Source: an uncultured virus (IMG/VR IMGVR_UViG_3300006674_000076) (taxonomy: Duplodnaviria > Heunggongvirae > Uroviricota > Caudoviricetes). From it: a stretch of 64,000 nucleotides of DNA. The stretch covers positions 1 to 64,000 of IMG/VR virus record IMGVR_UViG_3300006674_000076; one strand, written 5' to 3'. Positions within the stretch are counted from its first letter, which is position 1. Each line of letters opens with the position of its first letter. Below the pieces are notes generated by a model. The model had not been told where the DNA came from and made no database searches. It was given only the letters and a program-made list of their open reading frames with translations. Below are positions 35,158 through 44,606 of this stretch, in pieces. The translations under genes and the position numbers were made by a program.

Positions 35158-37185
35158 ATGGCAGAAGCTCTCTTTGTAGGAACAGCAGTTTCTCGTCTTA
35201 AAGCTACTGCAAAGATAAATAGAAATCCTACAGTAACTAATTTACAGTTCGCATTCTATGACCAGTTCGTTGAGTTAATTGGTGTTTCTTCGTTAAAAGC
35301 CGAAAACAGAAAAGCAATACTTAGAGCTGTATCCAGCGTTAAAGCCAACGCAAGGCTAAACAAGAATCCTACTGTTACTAATCTACAATTCGCATTCTAC
35401 GACCAGTTCGTTGAGTTAATTGGTGTTTCTTCGTTAAAAGCTGAACACAGAAAAGCAGTTTTAAGGGGTGTTTCATCGTTAACCGCTAACCCAACACTTG
35501 TTGTAGCAGGCAGTTTTGAAGGTGACGCTGTATCATCGTTAAAGGTAGTTTTGACATTTGTTATAGGTGCACAAGCTCATCTTAACGCAGAGTCATCTCT
35601 AATAGCCAATGGTAACGCAGTAAAACAATTATATTTTACTGGTTCAAGCACGTCTTACGCTAAGGTGTTTACTTCTTTTGTAAATCAAGCCAGAAGCGGA
35701 CTTAACGGAGTATCTTATCTAACAGCAAAAGCTAATGCAGTAAAGCTTGCCAGCGTTAAATCACAAGCCGTATCAACCATTAAGGCTAATGCAAACATTG
35801 TATTATCTGCAAGCTTCATCGGGTCTGCCGAATCTTCCTTAACTGCAAATGCATTTGTTTACACTGGCCTATTGGGTCAGTTCAGGGGCATAGCAGTTTC
35901 TTCTTTAACATTAAATCCTTTGGTTCATAAGTATTGTCAGGCAAAACTAAATGGGATAACAACAGCTACCGTTAGAGGTAATGCTGTTAAATATAATAGT
36001 TCTAAATTGTATGGTGTATCTTCATTAAAAGCAAGAGCCACGAAGGTTAAAACTGCACGTGCTATCTTAAAAGCAGTTTCCAACGTAAAGGCTAAAGCGA
36101 TAACAATAAAATACCCTGCATTCATTGGGCAAGCAGTATCTAATGGCACATTTATAGGCAACACAGTAATAAGTGCTCAGTTCATCGGACAGGCAGTTTC
36201 TAATGTAACTGTTACAGCCACACCACCAGTATTTGCATTCAAAGGCAGTGCCACGTCTTACATTAAATGTGTGGGTAATGTAGTTAAGAGTAATAGCGCA
36301 AAATTAAAGGCAGTAAGTTCAGTAAAATCCATACCCAGAATTGTAAAAACAGCCCGTTTTAGTGGAATTGCGATTAGTTATTCGCGAATTTCTACAGAAC
36401 GCAAAATACAAGCATCTGCTAAATTAAATGCTGTATCTTCCTTAAGAGCTTACGGGTATAACCCAGATGAAGTTAATTACTTCAGAGGCAGTGCAGTATC
36501 CAGTCTTAAGTGCGAAGCTGCAATCGTAAAGACAGCTACAGCCAAAGTTAAAGGTGTTACAAGCATTAAAGCGTTTGGCAACTCAGTTAAACTGTTAAAG
36601 TTCAATGGTAAGGCGATATCTCAACTTAAAGCTAAGTCTACTAAAGTAAAAACTGGAACTGTTAAAATTAGTGCTAAATCGTATGGTAAGTTTAATGCAG
36701 TGCAGATACACTATCCACACTTTACAGGCAGTGCTACATCTACAATTTCAGTTACGTATAGAGTGCCAAATGCCGTAACTGTAAGTGCTGTAAGCAGTCT
36801 TAAGGCTTCCTGCACATTAACAAAATATGCAAGAGCTAAATTAAATGGATACACTACAATTACGGCTGTGCCACAGATGACAATAAGTGCTAAAGCCAAG
36901 CTATACGGTATATCTACAGCCACAGCTTATCCTACTGCATCGTTAAGCGCAAAGCTAAGCGGAGTAACTACATTAACAGCATTCGGTAGTGTGCCGCTTT
37001 ATGCCAGTGTAAAACTTAGTGGGGTGTCTTACGGTAAGTTTGTAAGCACTTGGTATGAACGTGAAACAGCTCCAAGTATGATAGAACCCATAGGTGTTGG
37101 TATAAACATTAAGCCCATTGGTGATAAAATAACAGTAAAGCCGCTTGGTGGTGGTATTAACATCAAGCGACGCAACGTTCCTTGA
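35158..37185 (+). CDS. repetitive fibre-like tail protein
   Basis: About 20-aa A.(F/L).G.A.S.L.A repeats; recent 141-bp-period duplication at 35224/35365. Confidence 0.65.
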   Translation: MAEALFVGTAVSRLKATAKINRNPTVTNLQFAFYDQFVELIGVSSLKAENRKAILRAVSSVKANARLNKNPTVTNLQFAFYDQFVELIGVSSLKAEHRKAVLRGVSSLTANPTLVVAGSFEGDAVSSLKVVLTFVIGAQAHLNAESSLIANGNAVKQLYFTGSSTSYAKVFTSFVNQARSGLNGVSYLTAKANAVKLASVKSQAVSTIKANANIVLSASFIGSAESSLTANAFVYTGLLGQFRGIAVSSLTLNPLVHKYCQAKLNGITTATVRGNAVKYNSSKLYGVSSLKARATKVKTARAILKAVSNVKAKAITIKYPAFIGQAVSNGTFIGNTVISAQFIGQAVSNVTVTATPPVFAFKGSATSYIKCVGNVVKSNSAKLKAVSSVKSIPRIVKTARFSGIAISYSRISTERKIQASAKLNAVSSLRAYGYNPDEVNYFRGSAVSSLKCEAAIVKTATAKVKGVTSIKAFGNSVKLLKFNGKAISQLKAKSTKVKTGTVKISAKSYGKFNAVQIHYPHFTGSATSTISVTYRVPNAVTVSAVSSLKASCTLTKYARAKLNGYTTITAVPQMTISAKAKLYGISTATAYPTASLSAKLSGVTTLTAFGSVPLYASVKLSGVSYGKFVSTWYERETAPSMIEPIGVGINIKPIGDKITVKPLGGGINIKRRNVP

Positions 37186-37204
37186 GCTAATGAGGTGATA
37201 ACTA

Positions 37205-37510
37205 TTGGAAACAGAGATAATTAAATTCATTATAAATTTCGGTGGTCTTGCAGTAGCTCTTTTAGCTGTATATGTAATATTTCTCATGTTACAAAATAAA
37301 ACTACAAATCATGTTGGAACTCCGAGAGACGCTGAAGAAATCAGTATTAAAATAGGTCGTATTGAGAAAAAGGTAGATTACATTTCTAACGGCATTGACA
37401 GTAATTCCATTGACACCAAAGAATTAAAACGAATGGTTAGAGCACTCGAACAAGATGTTAAGGCATTAAGAGAAGTAGTAGACAAGATAAGAGATGATAC
37501 AGATGCGTAG
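37205..37510 (+). CDS. holin-like membrane protein (TM plus coiled coil)
   Basis: GAGGTG RBS, TTG start. Confidence 0.6.
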   Translation: METEIIKFIINFGGLAVALLAVYVIFLMLQNKTTNHVGTPRDAEEISIKIGRIEKKVDYISNGIDSNSIDTKELKRMVRALEQDVKALREVVDKIRDDTDA

Positions 37511-37718
37511 GTTTTCTAAGAAAGTAGTATCAACAGTGATAACCTTAAACGTAATATTCGCTGCTGCTGTATTAATTGTGTTTTGGCATACTGGATCTGA
37601 ACCAACTGTCTTAGTCGGTAGCTGGTTTGCATTTACTACGGGTGAACTATGGACTCTCTCAACCATTAGAAAGAAAGAAATAGAAAAGGGAGCTGATAAC
37701 AATGAAGATATGCATTGA
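37503..37718 (+). CDS. small two-TM lysis-cassette protein
   Basis: Homolog of 1196..1417. Confidence 0.65.
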   Translation: MRRFSKKVVSTVITLNVIFAAAVLIVFWHTGSEPTVLVGSWFAFTTGELWTLSTIRKKEIEKGADNNEDMH

Positions 37719-38454
37719 TGCTGGACATGGTGGCAGTCAGCCTGGCGCTGTAGGTTATTCTGGAACACTTGAAAAAGATATCACTTTAGCAGTAGCCTTA
37801 AAGTTACGTCAAATACTGCTTAAACAAGGTTTTAGCGTAGTAATGACACGAGAAAGCGACAAAGATGTTAGAACTACTAAACAGCCTAACGAACTGCAAG
37901 CAAGATGCGATGTGGCTAACAAATCTGGAGCGGATTACTTTGTTTCAATACACTGCAACGCATCAGACAGCCTGTCAGCGCACGGAACTGAAACGTGGTA
38001 TACAGAGAAAGACGTTAAAAGCAAAGTCTTTGCTAACTGCATACAATCTGCATTAGTTAAGCAGATAAAGAGAACAGATAGAGGAACCAAATGCGGAAAC
38101 TACTATGTAACTAAATACACTCACATGCCAGCTGTATTAGTGGAACTTGCATTCATAAGCAACCCAGAGGAAGAGAAACTGTTAAAAGATGAGATATTCC
38201 AATGGAAGTGTGCGCTTGGCATAGCAAACGGTATCTTAGTAATGGCAGGCAAACAGCCACTTAAGGAGGTGAATTTATTGTTCAAAGATGTTCCCACAAC
38301 GCATTGGGCATACAAGGACATAGAGAAACTGCAAAAGCTTGGCGTAGTCAAAGGTGATGAAAAGGGTAATTTCAATCCAGACAAAACGGTTACAAGGGCT
38401 GAAGTATCTGCAATGTTATCAAGGCTTTATGATGTAATCAAATCAGGAAAATAA
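37702..38454 (+). CDS. endolysin: Amidase_3 plus SLH
   Basis: IDAGHGG, EKD, SIH, LVELAFISNP; FKDVPTTHWAY..FNPDKTVTRAE. Confidence 0.92.
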   Translation: MKICIDAGHGGSQPGAVGYSGTLEKDITLAVALKLRQILLKQGFSVVMTRESDKDVRTTKQPNELQARCDVANKSGADYFVSIHCNASDSLSAHGTETWYTEKDVKSKVFANCIQSALVKQIKRTDRGTKCGNYYVTKYTHMPAVLVELAFISNPEEEKLLKDEIFQWKCALGIANGILVMAGKQPLKEVNLLFKDVPTTHWAYKDIEKLQKLGVVKGDEKGNFNPDKTVTRAEVSAMLSRLYDVIKSGK

Positions 38455-38477
38455 AAATAGAAAGGCGGTGAACGTAA

Positions 38478-38801
38478 ATGGAGGAACTGTTAGCGTTACT
38501 ATTTGTAGTTTTAGTGGGAATAGCTGGCTACCTACTTGGATTATTCATTAAAAACAGCAGATGGGCAAACATATTTGACCTAATTAAGACCAAGCAAGAG
38601 CTTGCCAGAACTGTAGTTAGAGCCATTGAGCAGATGTATAAGGAATTTGGCGGAGAAGAGAAACTTGAAAGAGCCTTGGAAATGCTGTCGGATTGGTTTG
38701 AGAGACTTGGATTAAGTTACACAGAAGAGGAACTAAGGGCATTAATTGAAGATGCCGTAAAATACTTCAACGATAACTTCTGGAAGGCTGAAAACAAATA
38801 G
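38478..38801 (+). CDS. phage holin, LL-H-like
   Basis: TM N-terminus; GGEEK..A..IEDAV. Confidence 0.75.
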   Translation: MEELLALLFVVLVGIAGYLLGLFIKNSRWANIFDLIKTKQELARTVVRAIEQMYKEFGGEEKLERALEMLSDWFERLGLSYTEEELRALIEDAVKYFNDNFWKAENK

Positions 38802-38825
38802 GTGGACGGGTTTAACCCGTCCACC
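38801..38825. terminator. hairpin between convergent holin and bet
   Basis: GGTGGACGGGT-TTA-ACCCGTCCACC. Confidence 0.7.
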
Positions 38826-38826
38826 G

Positions 38827-39918
38827 TTAAAATGGAATGTCATCTGAATCTTCATCACCAAGTGCGGCGTTTACTTCTTTGATTATTTCGCTTGTGCTTT
38901 GAGTAGCTGTGGGTATTGAAGCTTGAGGCTCTGTTGATGCTACACCCATTCTCATTTTTAACGTTTCAATGATGCTTGATGCTTCTTGCATCGTAAGTTC
39001 GTTAAGACTGTTTTTGTTAAATCCATCTAAGAACTCATCAATGTAATCCTGATAGTAGTTTCCGTGAACTTGCTTGGCTAAGCTGACAATGTAGTTTACT
39101 TGTTTCGCCGAGGCTTGTCTTGTGTCTCCTTTTGGAATTTTAGCTTTAGAAGATGCTTTTACTGGTTTGGGCGATTCTTCATGTTTAACTTGAGCTTGCA
39201 ATGGGTTTATCTTGGCACTTGCAGTTATTATCGTTGGCTCTTCTGGAACAGTTTCTTCTGGCACTTCTGCTTCCTCTTCTTCTATGATTTCTCTTATTTC
39301 ATACGGAACTTCAATTGGAGTTTCATCTAAAGATGTTTCGTCAACTGCTGGCATCTCTTCAGCTGTATAAAGCTGTGAAAAATCTTCTGGAAACGCTTCA
39401 CGTAAGCACTGCACAACTGCAACCTTTCTTATCATCGTTGCTGGCATAGAAGACCAGTTAGCCATGGGTCTGCCATCTGGTAATCGCTTCATATATTCTC
39501 TTAAACTAACCGTAACCTCAAAAGGCACTTTCAAGTCTTTTCGGTATACTTTAGCCCAACCGCCAACAAGTTCTTCATCGTCTAACACCAATGTCCCCTT
39601 ACGGAATGTTGTTTCGTTACCTTTTCTAACAATTACTCCAGCCTCTAATCCATCAAAATTAGGATTTCTTGCCGCTCTCTTCATGAACGTATCTTTTCCC
39701 GTGATAATGCTTGCAGGTTGATTATCTTGATATTTCACAAGGTATGCTTCACGAATGAACGGGTTTAAGCGTTGATATTTGCAAATGTTCAGGAACATCA
39801 TTACTTCTTGGTCTGTAACTTTATCAGATTTGCCTGAAACGAGATACTTTTTTACGACCTCTGGTGTTAGGACAATTTCTCCACTGTCTGTCTTGTAACG
39901 CACAATTTCATTACTCAT
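38827..39918 (-). CDS. bet: Bet-family recombinase
   Basis: DQEVMMFLNICKYQRLNPF, LVGGWAKVYRKD, MPATMIRKVAVVQCLREAFP; acidic DDIPF tail. Confidence 0.9.
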   Translation of the reverse strand: MSNEIVRYKTDSGEIVLTPEVVKKYLVSGKSDKVTDQEVMMFLNICKYQRLNPFIREAYLVKYQDNQPASIITGKDTFMKRAARNPNFDGLEAGVIVRKGNETTFRKGTLVLDDEELVGGWAKVYRKDLKVPFEVTVSLREYMKRLPDGRPMANWSSMPATMIRKVAVVQCLREAFPEDFSQLYTAEEMPAVDETSLDETPIEVPYEIREIIEEEEAEVPEETVPEEPTIITASAKINPLQAQVKHEESPKPVKASSKAKIPKGDTRQASAKQVNYIVSLAKQVHGNYYQDYIDEFLDGFNKNSLNELTMQEASSIIETLKMRMGVASTEPQASIPTATQSTSEIIKEVNAALGDEDSDDIPF

Positions 39919-39938
39919 CGTTTTTCCTCCTTTCTGTG

Positions 39939-40544
39939 TTATATTATATCACTTTTTAACTTGAAACGCAAGCCATAAAACTCTTTCAAAGCATTGAATA
40001 TAGCTAAAGCCGTCTTATATTGGTTGTTTGGGTCAATTATGAACTCGAAATCCTGCGGATTGCTTAATGTTACTGGTTTTATATCAACTCCTTCACAGTT
40101 GCATGCCATAAGAAAATAAGTCTTTGCACCCGTAAAAACCTTATTCGGAATGCCAGTTTCTTCTACCAAATGCTTCAACACTGTTCCAGCCAAATAACGA
40201 GACCTTGTTGTCTTAACTCGAGTATAGACTATGGAAGAGCCTCTGTCTTCTTTTCGTTGTCCATTCCAGCGCACACCTATAGAAATTGCCACATCACAAT
40301 TTAATTTTCTGCAGAAAAAGGCTCTTTCAATGCCTTCCATAGCGAGATTTCTCTCTTTGCTTATGCATTCGTCTCCCTGTCTTGATAAAAAAACCTGATT
40401 GTAAGTAGCTCTCTCTATAAGCTCTTTCAAATACATGGCGATAGAGAATGTAATGTCTTTGCCATAAACCCTGCTTCCATCTGGCATTTGAACTCTACCG
40501 CCATATATTGTTGAACCAAATTGTGGGTCAATGAATATTTTCAT
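39939..40544 (-). CDS. Amidase_3-fold protein lacking catalytic residues
   Basis: KIFIDPQFG, GKDITF, DVAISIG, IKPVTLSNP align with the endolysins but H/E/H/E are replaced. Confidence 0.7.
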   Translation of the reverse strand: MKIFIDPQFGSTIYGGRVQMPDGSRVYGKDITFSIAMYLKELIERATYNQVFLSRQGDECISKERNLAMEGIERAFFCRKLNCDVAISIGVRWNGQRKEDRGSSIVYTRVKTTRSRYLAGTVLKHLVEETGIPNKVFTGAKTYFLMACNCEGVDIKPVTLSNPQDFEFIIDPNNQYKTALAIFNALKEFYGLRFKLKSDII

Positions 40545-40986
40545 GTTTAACACCTTCTTTAAATGAATTTACTACTGCTCTAATAATGTTTAATAGCGTT
40601 TTGTTACCGTAATACTCAAAGATATTTTTGTCTCTATGATATTTGCCTAATCCAAGTCTTTCGAATGTTGATAGAACGTGTTCTTTTTCATGTTCATATT
40701 TTTTATACTGCCTTTTTGAGCATACGAAATTAACAAAATCGTCAGCATCAAACATTACACGTTTAAAACCACCTTTCTTTACACGTTTTGTCGGTATACT
40801 TTGTTTGCTCAGCAATGGACTATCTTCAAACAACGCATATAACGGATATTTGACGTAACGAGACCTAATGCTTTCTAATGTGAACAGCATACCAATTATA
40901 TATATTGCGTCTAATCCGAAAGCATTCGACAATTCATTCACAACTGGAACTATACCATAAAAAATGCTTTTCTGAACGTATCTCAT
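40528..40986 (-). CDS. hypothetical protein
   Basis: Coupled in minus-strand operon. Confidence 0.55.
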   Translation of the reverse strand: MRYVQKSIFYGIVPVVNELSNAFGLDAIYIIGMLFTLESIRSRYVKYPLYALFEDSPLLSKQSIPTKRVKKGGFKRVMFDADDFVNFVCSKRQYKKYEHEKEHVLSTFERLGLGKYHRDKNIFEYYGNKTLLNIIRAVVNSFKEGVKHENIH

Positions 40987-41393
40987 TAATATCTACTCCT
41001 TTCTTCGTTTACAGTCTTAACAATGTCATCAGAGTATTTCTCAAGCGTTTGAATAGCAAGATAAATATCAACATTTTCATCAAACAAGAGATGGAATGGG
41101 AAGTTATTTTCAGCTATATCGTTTACCTTTACTTCTATCGTTGCCATTTTGTTGTTTAAGTGCAGTATTGTGCATTTAACATTGTAACTGCCAACTTCAT
41201 CAAACAAAAGTATTTTGCCTTGTTTACTGCAAATGTTTTTGATGTAAGTTTTGTCTGGTTTCTCTTTAAATCGTAGCTTCAGCGTTCCTTTCATGTCATC
41301 TGTAAGAAAATTCTTAACGTTGATGAAAACAAATTCGCCTACTTCGTTTGTCTTTTTCTTAAAAACCTCGCTCGGTATGCAGTATTCTATCAT
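40986..41393 (-). CDS. hypothetical protein
   Basis: GGAGGTG RBS; downstream of perfect promoter. Confidence 0.6.
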   Translation of the reverse strand: MIEYCIPSEVFKKKTNEVGEFVFINVKNFLTDDMKGTLKLRFKEKPDKTYIKNICSKQGKILLFDEVGSYNVKCTILHLNNKMATIEVKVNDIAENNFPFHLLFDENVDIYLAIQTLEKYSDDIVKTVNEERSRY

Positions 41394-41412
41394 TTGTATC
41401 ACCTCCAACATC

Positions 41413-41451
41413 ATTATAACATGTTTATCACACAATGTCAAGTGTTATAAT
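41413..41451. promoter_or_regulatory. overlapping divergent promoters
   Basis: Minus: TTGACA(41441-36)-N17-TATAAT(41418-13); plus: TGT-TATAAT 41446-41451. Confidence 0.8.
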
Positions 41452-41457
41452 GAAAAT

Positions 41458-42159
41458 ATGGAAAACGAATTAATACATGTAAGCGTATCGTCATTGCTAT
41501 CTGGCTGTCCCAGATACATACTTTGGCATGCGGTAAATCCAACCGAAGACAAAAGCTTTGATTTGTCATTCGGAACTCTTGTGCATTTATCTATAAGCGA
41601 ACACGGGAAATCAGGAGAAAAAGCCATCGATGAGAAGATTGTGGAACAGTCCATTTCAACTGTGCTCCCAGAATGGCAAAAAGCTGGAGCATACAATCAA
41701 TTGTTTGAAACTGTAAAAACACTTACACAAGCGGCACTCGGCTATTTGGAGGTAAACGATTATATCGGGAAGGCACAATATGAAGTGCCAGTGATAGAAA
41801 CCATAGAGAACATTGACATAAGAGGCATAGCAGACGTTGTTGGTAACAACCACGTCATAGACTGGAAAACAGGAAGTTATATAAACAAGAAACACAAAAT
41901 ACAAGTAGCGATATACTGCTACCTCTTATCTAAGCACGGTCTTATTTCAATTCCTTGTCAAGGAAGTATCGTGTATATATACGACACAATCAAACAAGGA
42001 TTTCCCACAGTAGTTGATTTTGCGGTTGACGAAGAAAGTATTGAGCTCGTGGATACGTATATAACTTCTTTGCTGAAACTAATTAACGAACAAGGAGACA
42101 TTCCAAGACAGGGAGATAATTGTAGGTTCTGCCCTTATAAGAAGTTGTGCTTCGCTTAA
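41458..42159 (+). CDS. PD-(D/E)XK Cas4/RecB-like exonuclease
   Basis: CPRY, FGTLVH, GIAD, DWKTG, QVAIY, CRFCPYKKLC. Confidence 0.85.
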   Translation: MENELIHVSVSSLLSGCPRYILWHAVNPTEDKSFDLSFGTLVHLSISEHGKSGEKAIDEKIVEQSISTVLPEWQKAGAYNQLFETVKTLTQAALGYLEVNDYIGKAQYEVPVIETIENIDIRGIADVVGNNHVIDWKTGSYINKKHKIQVAIYCYLLSKHGLISIPCQGSIVYIYDTIKQGFPTVVDFAVDEESIELVDTYITSLLKLINEQGDIPRQGDNCRFCPYKKLCFA

Positions 42160-42161
42160 AG

Positions 42162-42297
42162 TTATCCACAAAGTTTTCCACAAGTTATCCACAGAGTTAT
42201 CCACAGGCACTATATAGGAATTTCCTAAGCTCATTATAGTTTTCCACAGTTTCCACAGCACTACTACTACTAATATATATATTTTATTTATTTAATT
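42162..42297 (+). promoter_or_regulatory. oriC-like element: six DnaA boxes, DnaA-trios, AT-rich tract
   Basis: TTATCCACA 42162, 42185, 42197; TTTTCCACA 42174, 42240; GTTTCCACA 42249; GCA; (CTA)4 42261-42272; AT tract. Confidence 0.85.
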
Positions 42298-42424
42298 ACG
42301 TATATAAGGAAAGAAAAACAAAGAATAAGATAAGAGTAACAATATAAGGTGTTCAAAACGAAAAAAAAAAATACAAAAATACTTTACTTCATTCTTAAAA
42401 TATGTTATAATTTAACTTAAAGAC

Positions 42425-43201
42425 ATGAATAAGTTGTTTTGTGGTGATAATATAGAAATTACACAAACTCTTCCTTTAGAAAGTATTGATTTGATTTACA
42501 TTGACCCTCCTTTCTTTACAAACAGGAATTATAAAGGTTTAGTTGAACAACGTGAAGAAACAGGTTTTGTAGATAAATGGAAAGGCGGTATTGACCATTA
42601 TATTCGATGGCTTAAAAAAAGAGTAGAAGCTATGTATCCGTTACTAAAAAACAGCGGTTCGTTCTATTTGCACTGCGATTGGCATGCTAACGGATACATA
42701 AGGATAATGCTGGACCAAATATTCGGATACAAAAATTTTCAAAATGAGATAATTTGGCATTATGGTCTTGGTGGAAGCTCTCCTAAACGCTTCTCGAGAA
42801 AACACGATACGATTTTGTTCTACACTAAAACAAACGATTATAAATTTTATCCACATATGGTTCCAGCATCTTCACAAAAAATGAAAGGACAGCTTAAAAA
42901 GGTTGATGACGTGTGGGATATTCCATCTATAAATAACATGGCTAAAGAACGTGTTGGTTACCCAACACAAAAACCAGAAGCGCTTTTAGAGAGGATTATA
43001 AAGGCATCATCTGATGAAGAAGATGTGGTGGCAGATTTCTTTTGTGGCAGTGGGACAACGCTTGTGGTTGCACAAAGATTAAATAGAAAATGGATAGGAG
43101 TTGATGTTTCATCACACGCTGTTTCTTTGACTCAAAAGAGACTTGAGGAAGAGTGCGGGGTTAGAAAAGGGCTTGACTTCGAAGTTATAGGTTTAGCGTA
43201 A
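42425..43201 (+). CDS. N6/N4 DNA methyltransferase (beta class)
   Basis: IYIDPPF, YPTQKPEALLERII, DFFCGSGTT. Confidence 0.92.
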   Translation: MNKLFCGDNIEITQTLPLESIDLIYIDPPFFTNRNYKGLVEQREETGFVDKWKGGIDHYIRWLKKRVEAMYPLLKNSGSFYLHCDWHANGYIRIMLDQIFGYKNFQNEIIWHYGLGGSSPKRFSRKHDTILFYTKTNDYKFYPHMVPASSQKMKGQLKKVDDVWDIPSINNMAKERVGYPTQKPEALLERIIKASSDEEDVVADFFCGSGTTLVVAQRLNRKWIGVDVSSHAVSLTQKRLEEECGVRKGLDFEVIGLA

Positions 43202-43285
43202 GATGTGTTATAATGTAAGTGTGTTAAAAAATAGAAAAAGGAGATGAAAGAAAATGGAATTTAAGAAGATTGTTGGTGAGAGCCT

Positions 43286-43495
43286 ATGTTAAATGTTCTG
43301 TTAGCCCTGATTATAGTTTCCCTTTGGCTTGGACTTTGCATTGTTGGTGTTGTAGGTTGGATTTATTTGAGTTACGTGATTTGGACTGTGCAGTGGGAAA
43401 ACATTACCACAGGTTTAATTTTGTTGGTGGTGATAACCGTCTTTTGTCTTGCTCTGTATTTATGGAGCGTGTTACAAAGGAGGGGAAATAAATGA
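43286..43495 (+). CDS. small membrane protein
   Basis: Two hydrophobic segments; the best RBS precedes an out-of-frame ATG at 43254, so start uncertain. Confidence 0.5.
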   Translation: MLNVLLALIIVSLWLGLCIVGVVGWIYLSYVIWTVQWENITTGLILLVVITVFCLALYLWSVLQRRGNK

Positions 43496-44592
43496 GCATG
43501 ACTGGAAAAATGACTATTCAGAAACATGAGATTTCGTGGATTGTTGAGAGCGGACTGCCATTTATTAGTAAATCTCCATTTGATTGGACGCACAACTTCA
43601 TAGTTACTGGCGATGGCAAGGAATTTAAGGTTATAGCGAGTAATCAGAACTGCTATGCCGAATTCAAAGGAACTTATCAAGGAGACCCTGTTTTGTTCGC
43701 TGTGAATGGAACTATGTTCAGCCAAGTGATAACTAAAGAGGAAGCTGACACATTAGATATCTTGGTTTACGATGAAGAAATTATTTTAAAACGAGATAGG
43801 CGTAAAATAAAGTTGGCTACTGACGAAATTCCAATAGAATTGCTACCAGAGAACGAAGGTGAAATGGAGCCAATAGATATATTTGAGCTTAAGCATGCTG
43901 TCGATTGTGTTCAAAGTTGTGTAGCACCTGCTAAAACGTCTTTGTATGAGCAGTATAAAGGCATTGTATTTGATACTCTTGATGACAAATTAACGCTTGT
44001 AGCTACTGACACGGTGAAAATGAGCGTGTATAAAATGGACGTTCCATTTAACAACAAGGTTATAGTTCCATCTAAGCCTCTTGCAAGCGCAGTTAAGGTA
44101 TTACAGAAATTCAAAGGCGGTTGTAGAATAGGCGTTGTTGGAGAAACGCTTGTATTAAAGAACGAATACTGCAGATTTGTGTTCCCATCTTACGATACCA
44201 TGTTCATTCAATGGGCATCTGTTATTAAACATCATATGTCTGAAGTTACGGGTTGGATAGAAGTATCTACCTACGATTTTGTAAGGGCACTTGATAGAGT
44301 GAAAGTGCTATCTAACACGATGTTTAAGTATTATCCCGAGTTTGTGCCTGGAGCTTCTTCACTGTTCTTAAAGATTGAAGGTGATGTAATCTACAGTGAA
44401 AGATTAGAAGCGACAATTACAGGTAATGTCATTCCATTCAAAGCAGAGCCTTCAGCGTTATATGACATTGTTGCACCAATAAAAGAAGACAGGTTAGAAA
44501 TTGGCGTTGAAGCAAACACTGGAGAAGCGATAGTGATTAGACCCAAGGGCAGTGAAAAACAGATGGCATTTTGTGGGTTAGCCACTTATTAG
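43492..44592 (+). CDS. dnaN: DNA polymerase III beta-clamp homolog (divergent)
   Basis: 366 aa; G..F....LTLVATDT.KM, VIVPSK.L, F.RAL.RV.VLS, IVIRP ending. Confidence 0.78.
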   Translation: MSMTGKMTIQKHEISWIVESGLPFISKSPFDWTHNFIVTGDGKEFKVIASNQNCYAEFKGTYQGDPVLFAVNGTMFSQVITKEEADTLDILVYDEEIILKRDRRKIKLATDEIPIELLPENEGEMEPIDIFELKHAVDCVQSCVAPAKTSLYEQYKGIVFDTLDDKLTLVATDTVKMSVYKMDVPFNNKVIVPSKPLASAVKVLQKFKGGCRIGVVGETLVLKNEYCRFVFPSYDTMFIQWASVIKHHMSEVTGWIEVSTYDFVRALDRVKVLSNTMFKYYPEFVPGASSLFLKIEGDVIYSERLEATITGNVIPFKAEPSALYDIVAPIKEDRLEIGVEANTGEAIVIRPKGSEKQMAFCGLATY

Positions 44593-44606
44593 AAAGGAGT
44601 GATAAT

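Noticed and set aside
35224..35460. Direct repeat as DGR template/variable pair
   Set aside because: No reverse transcriptase; differences are not adenine-specific; simple in-frame duplication
42162..44592. True host chromosomal origin region
   Set aside because: No dnaA, rpmH, recF or gyrB; flanks are phage genes and the DnaN looks divergent (misassembly not fully excluded)
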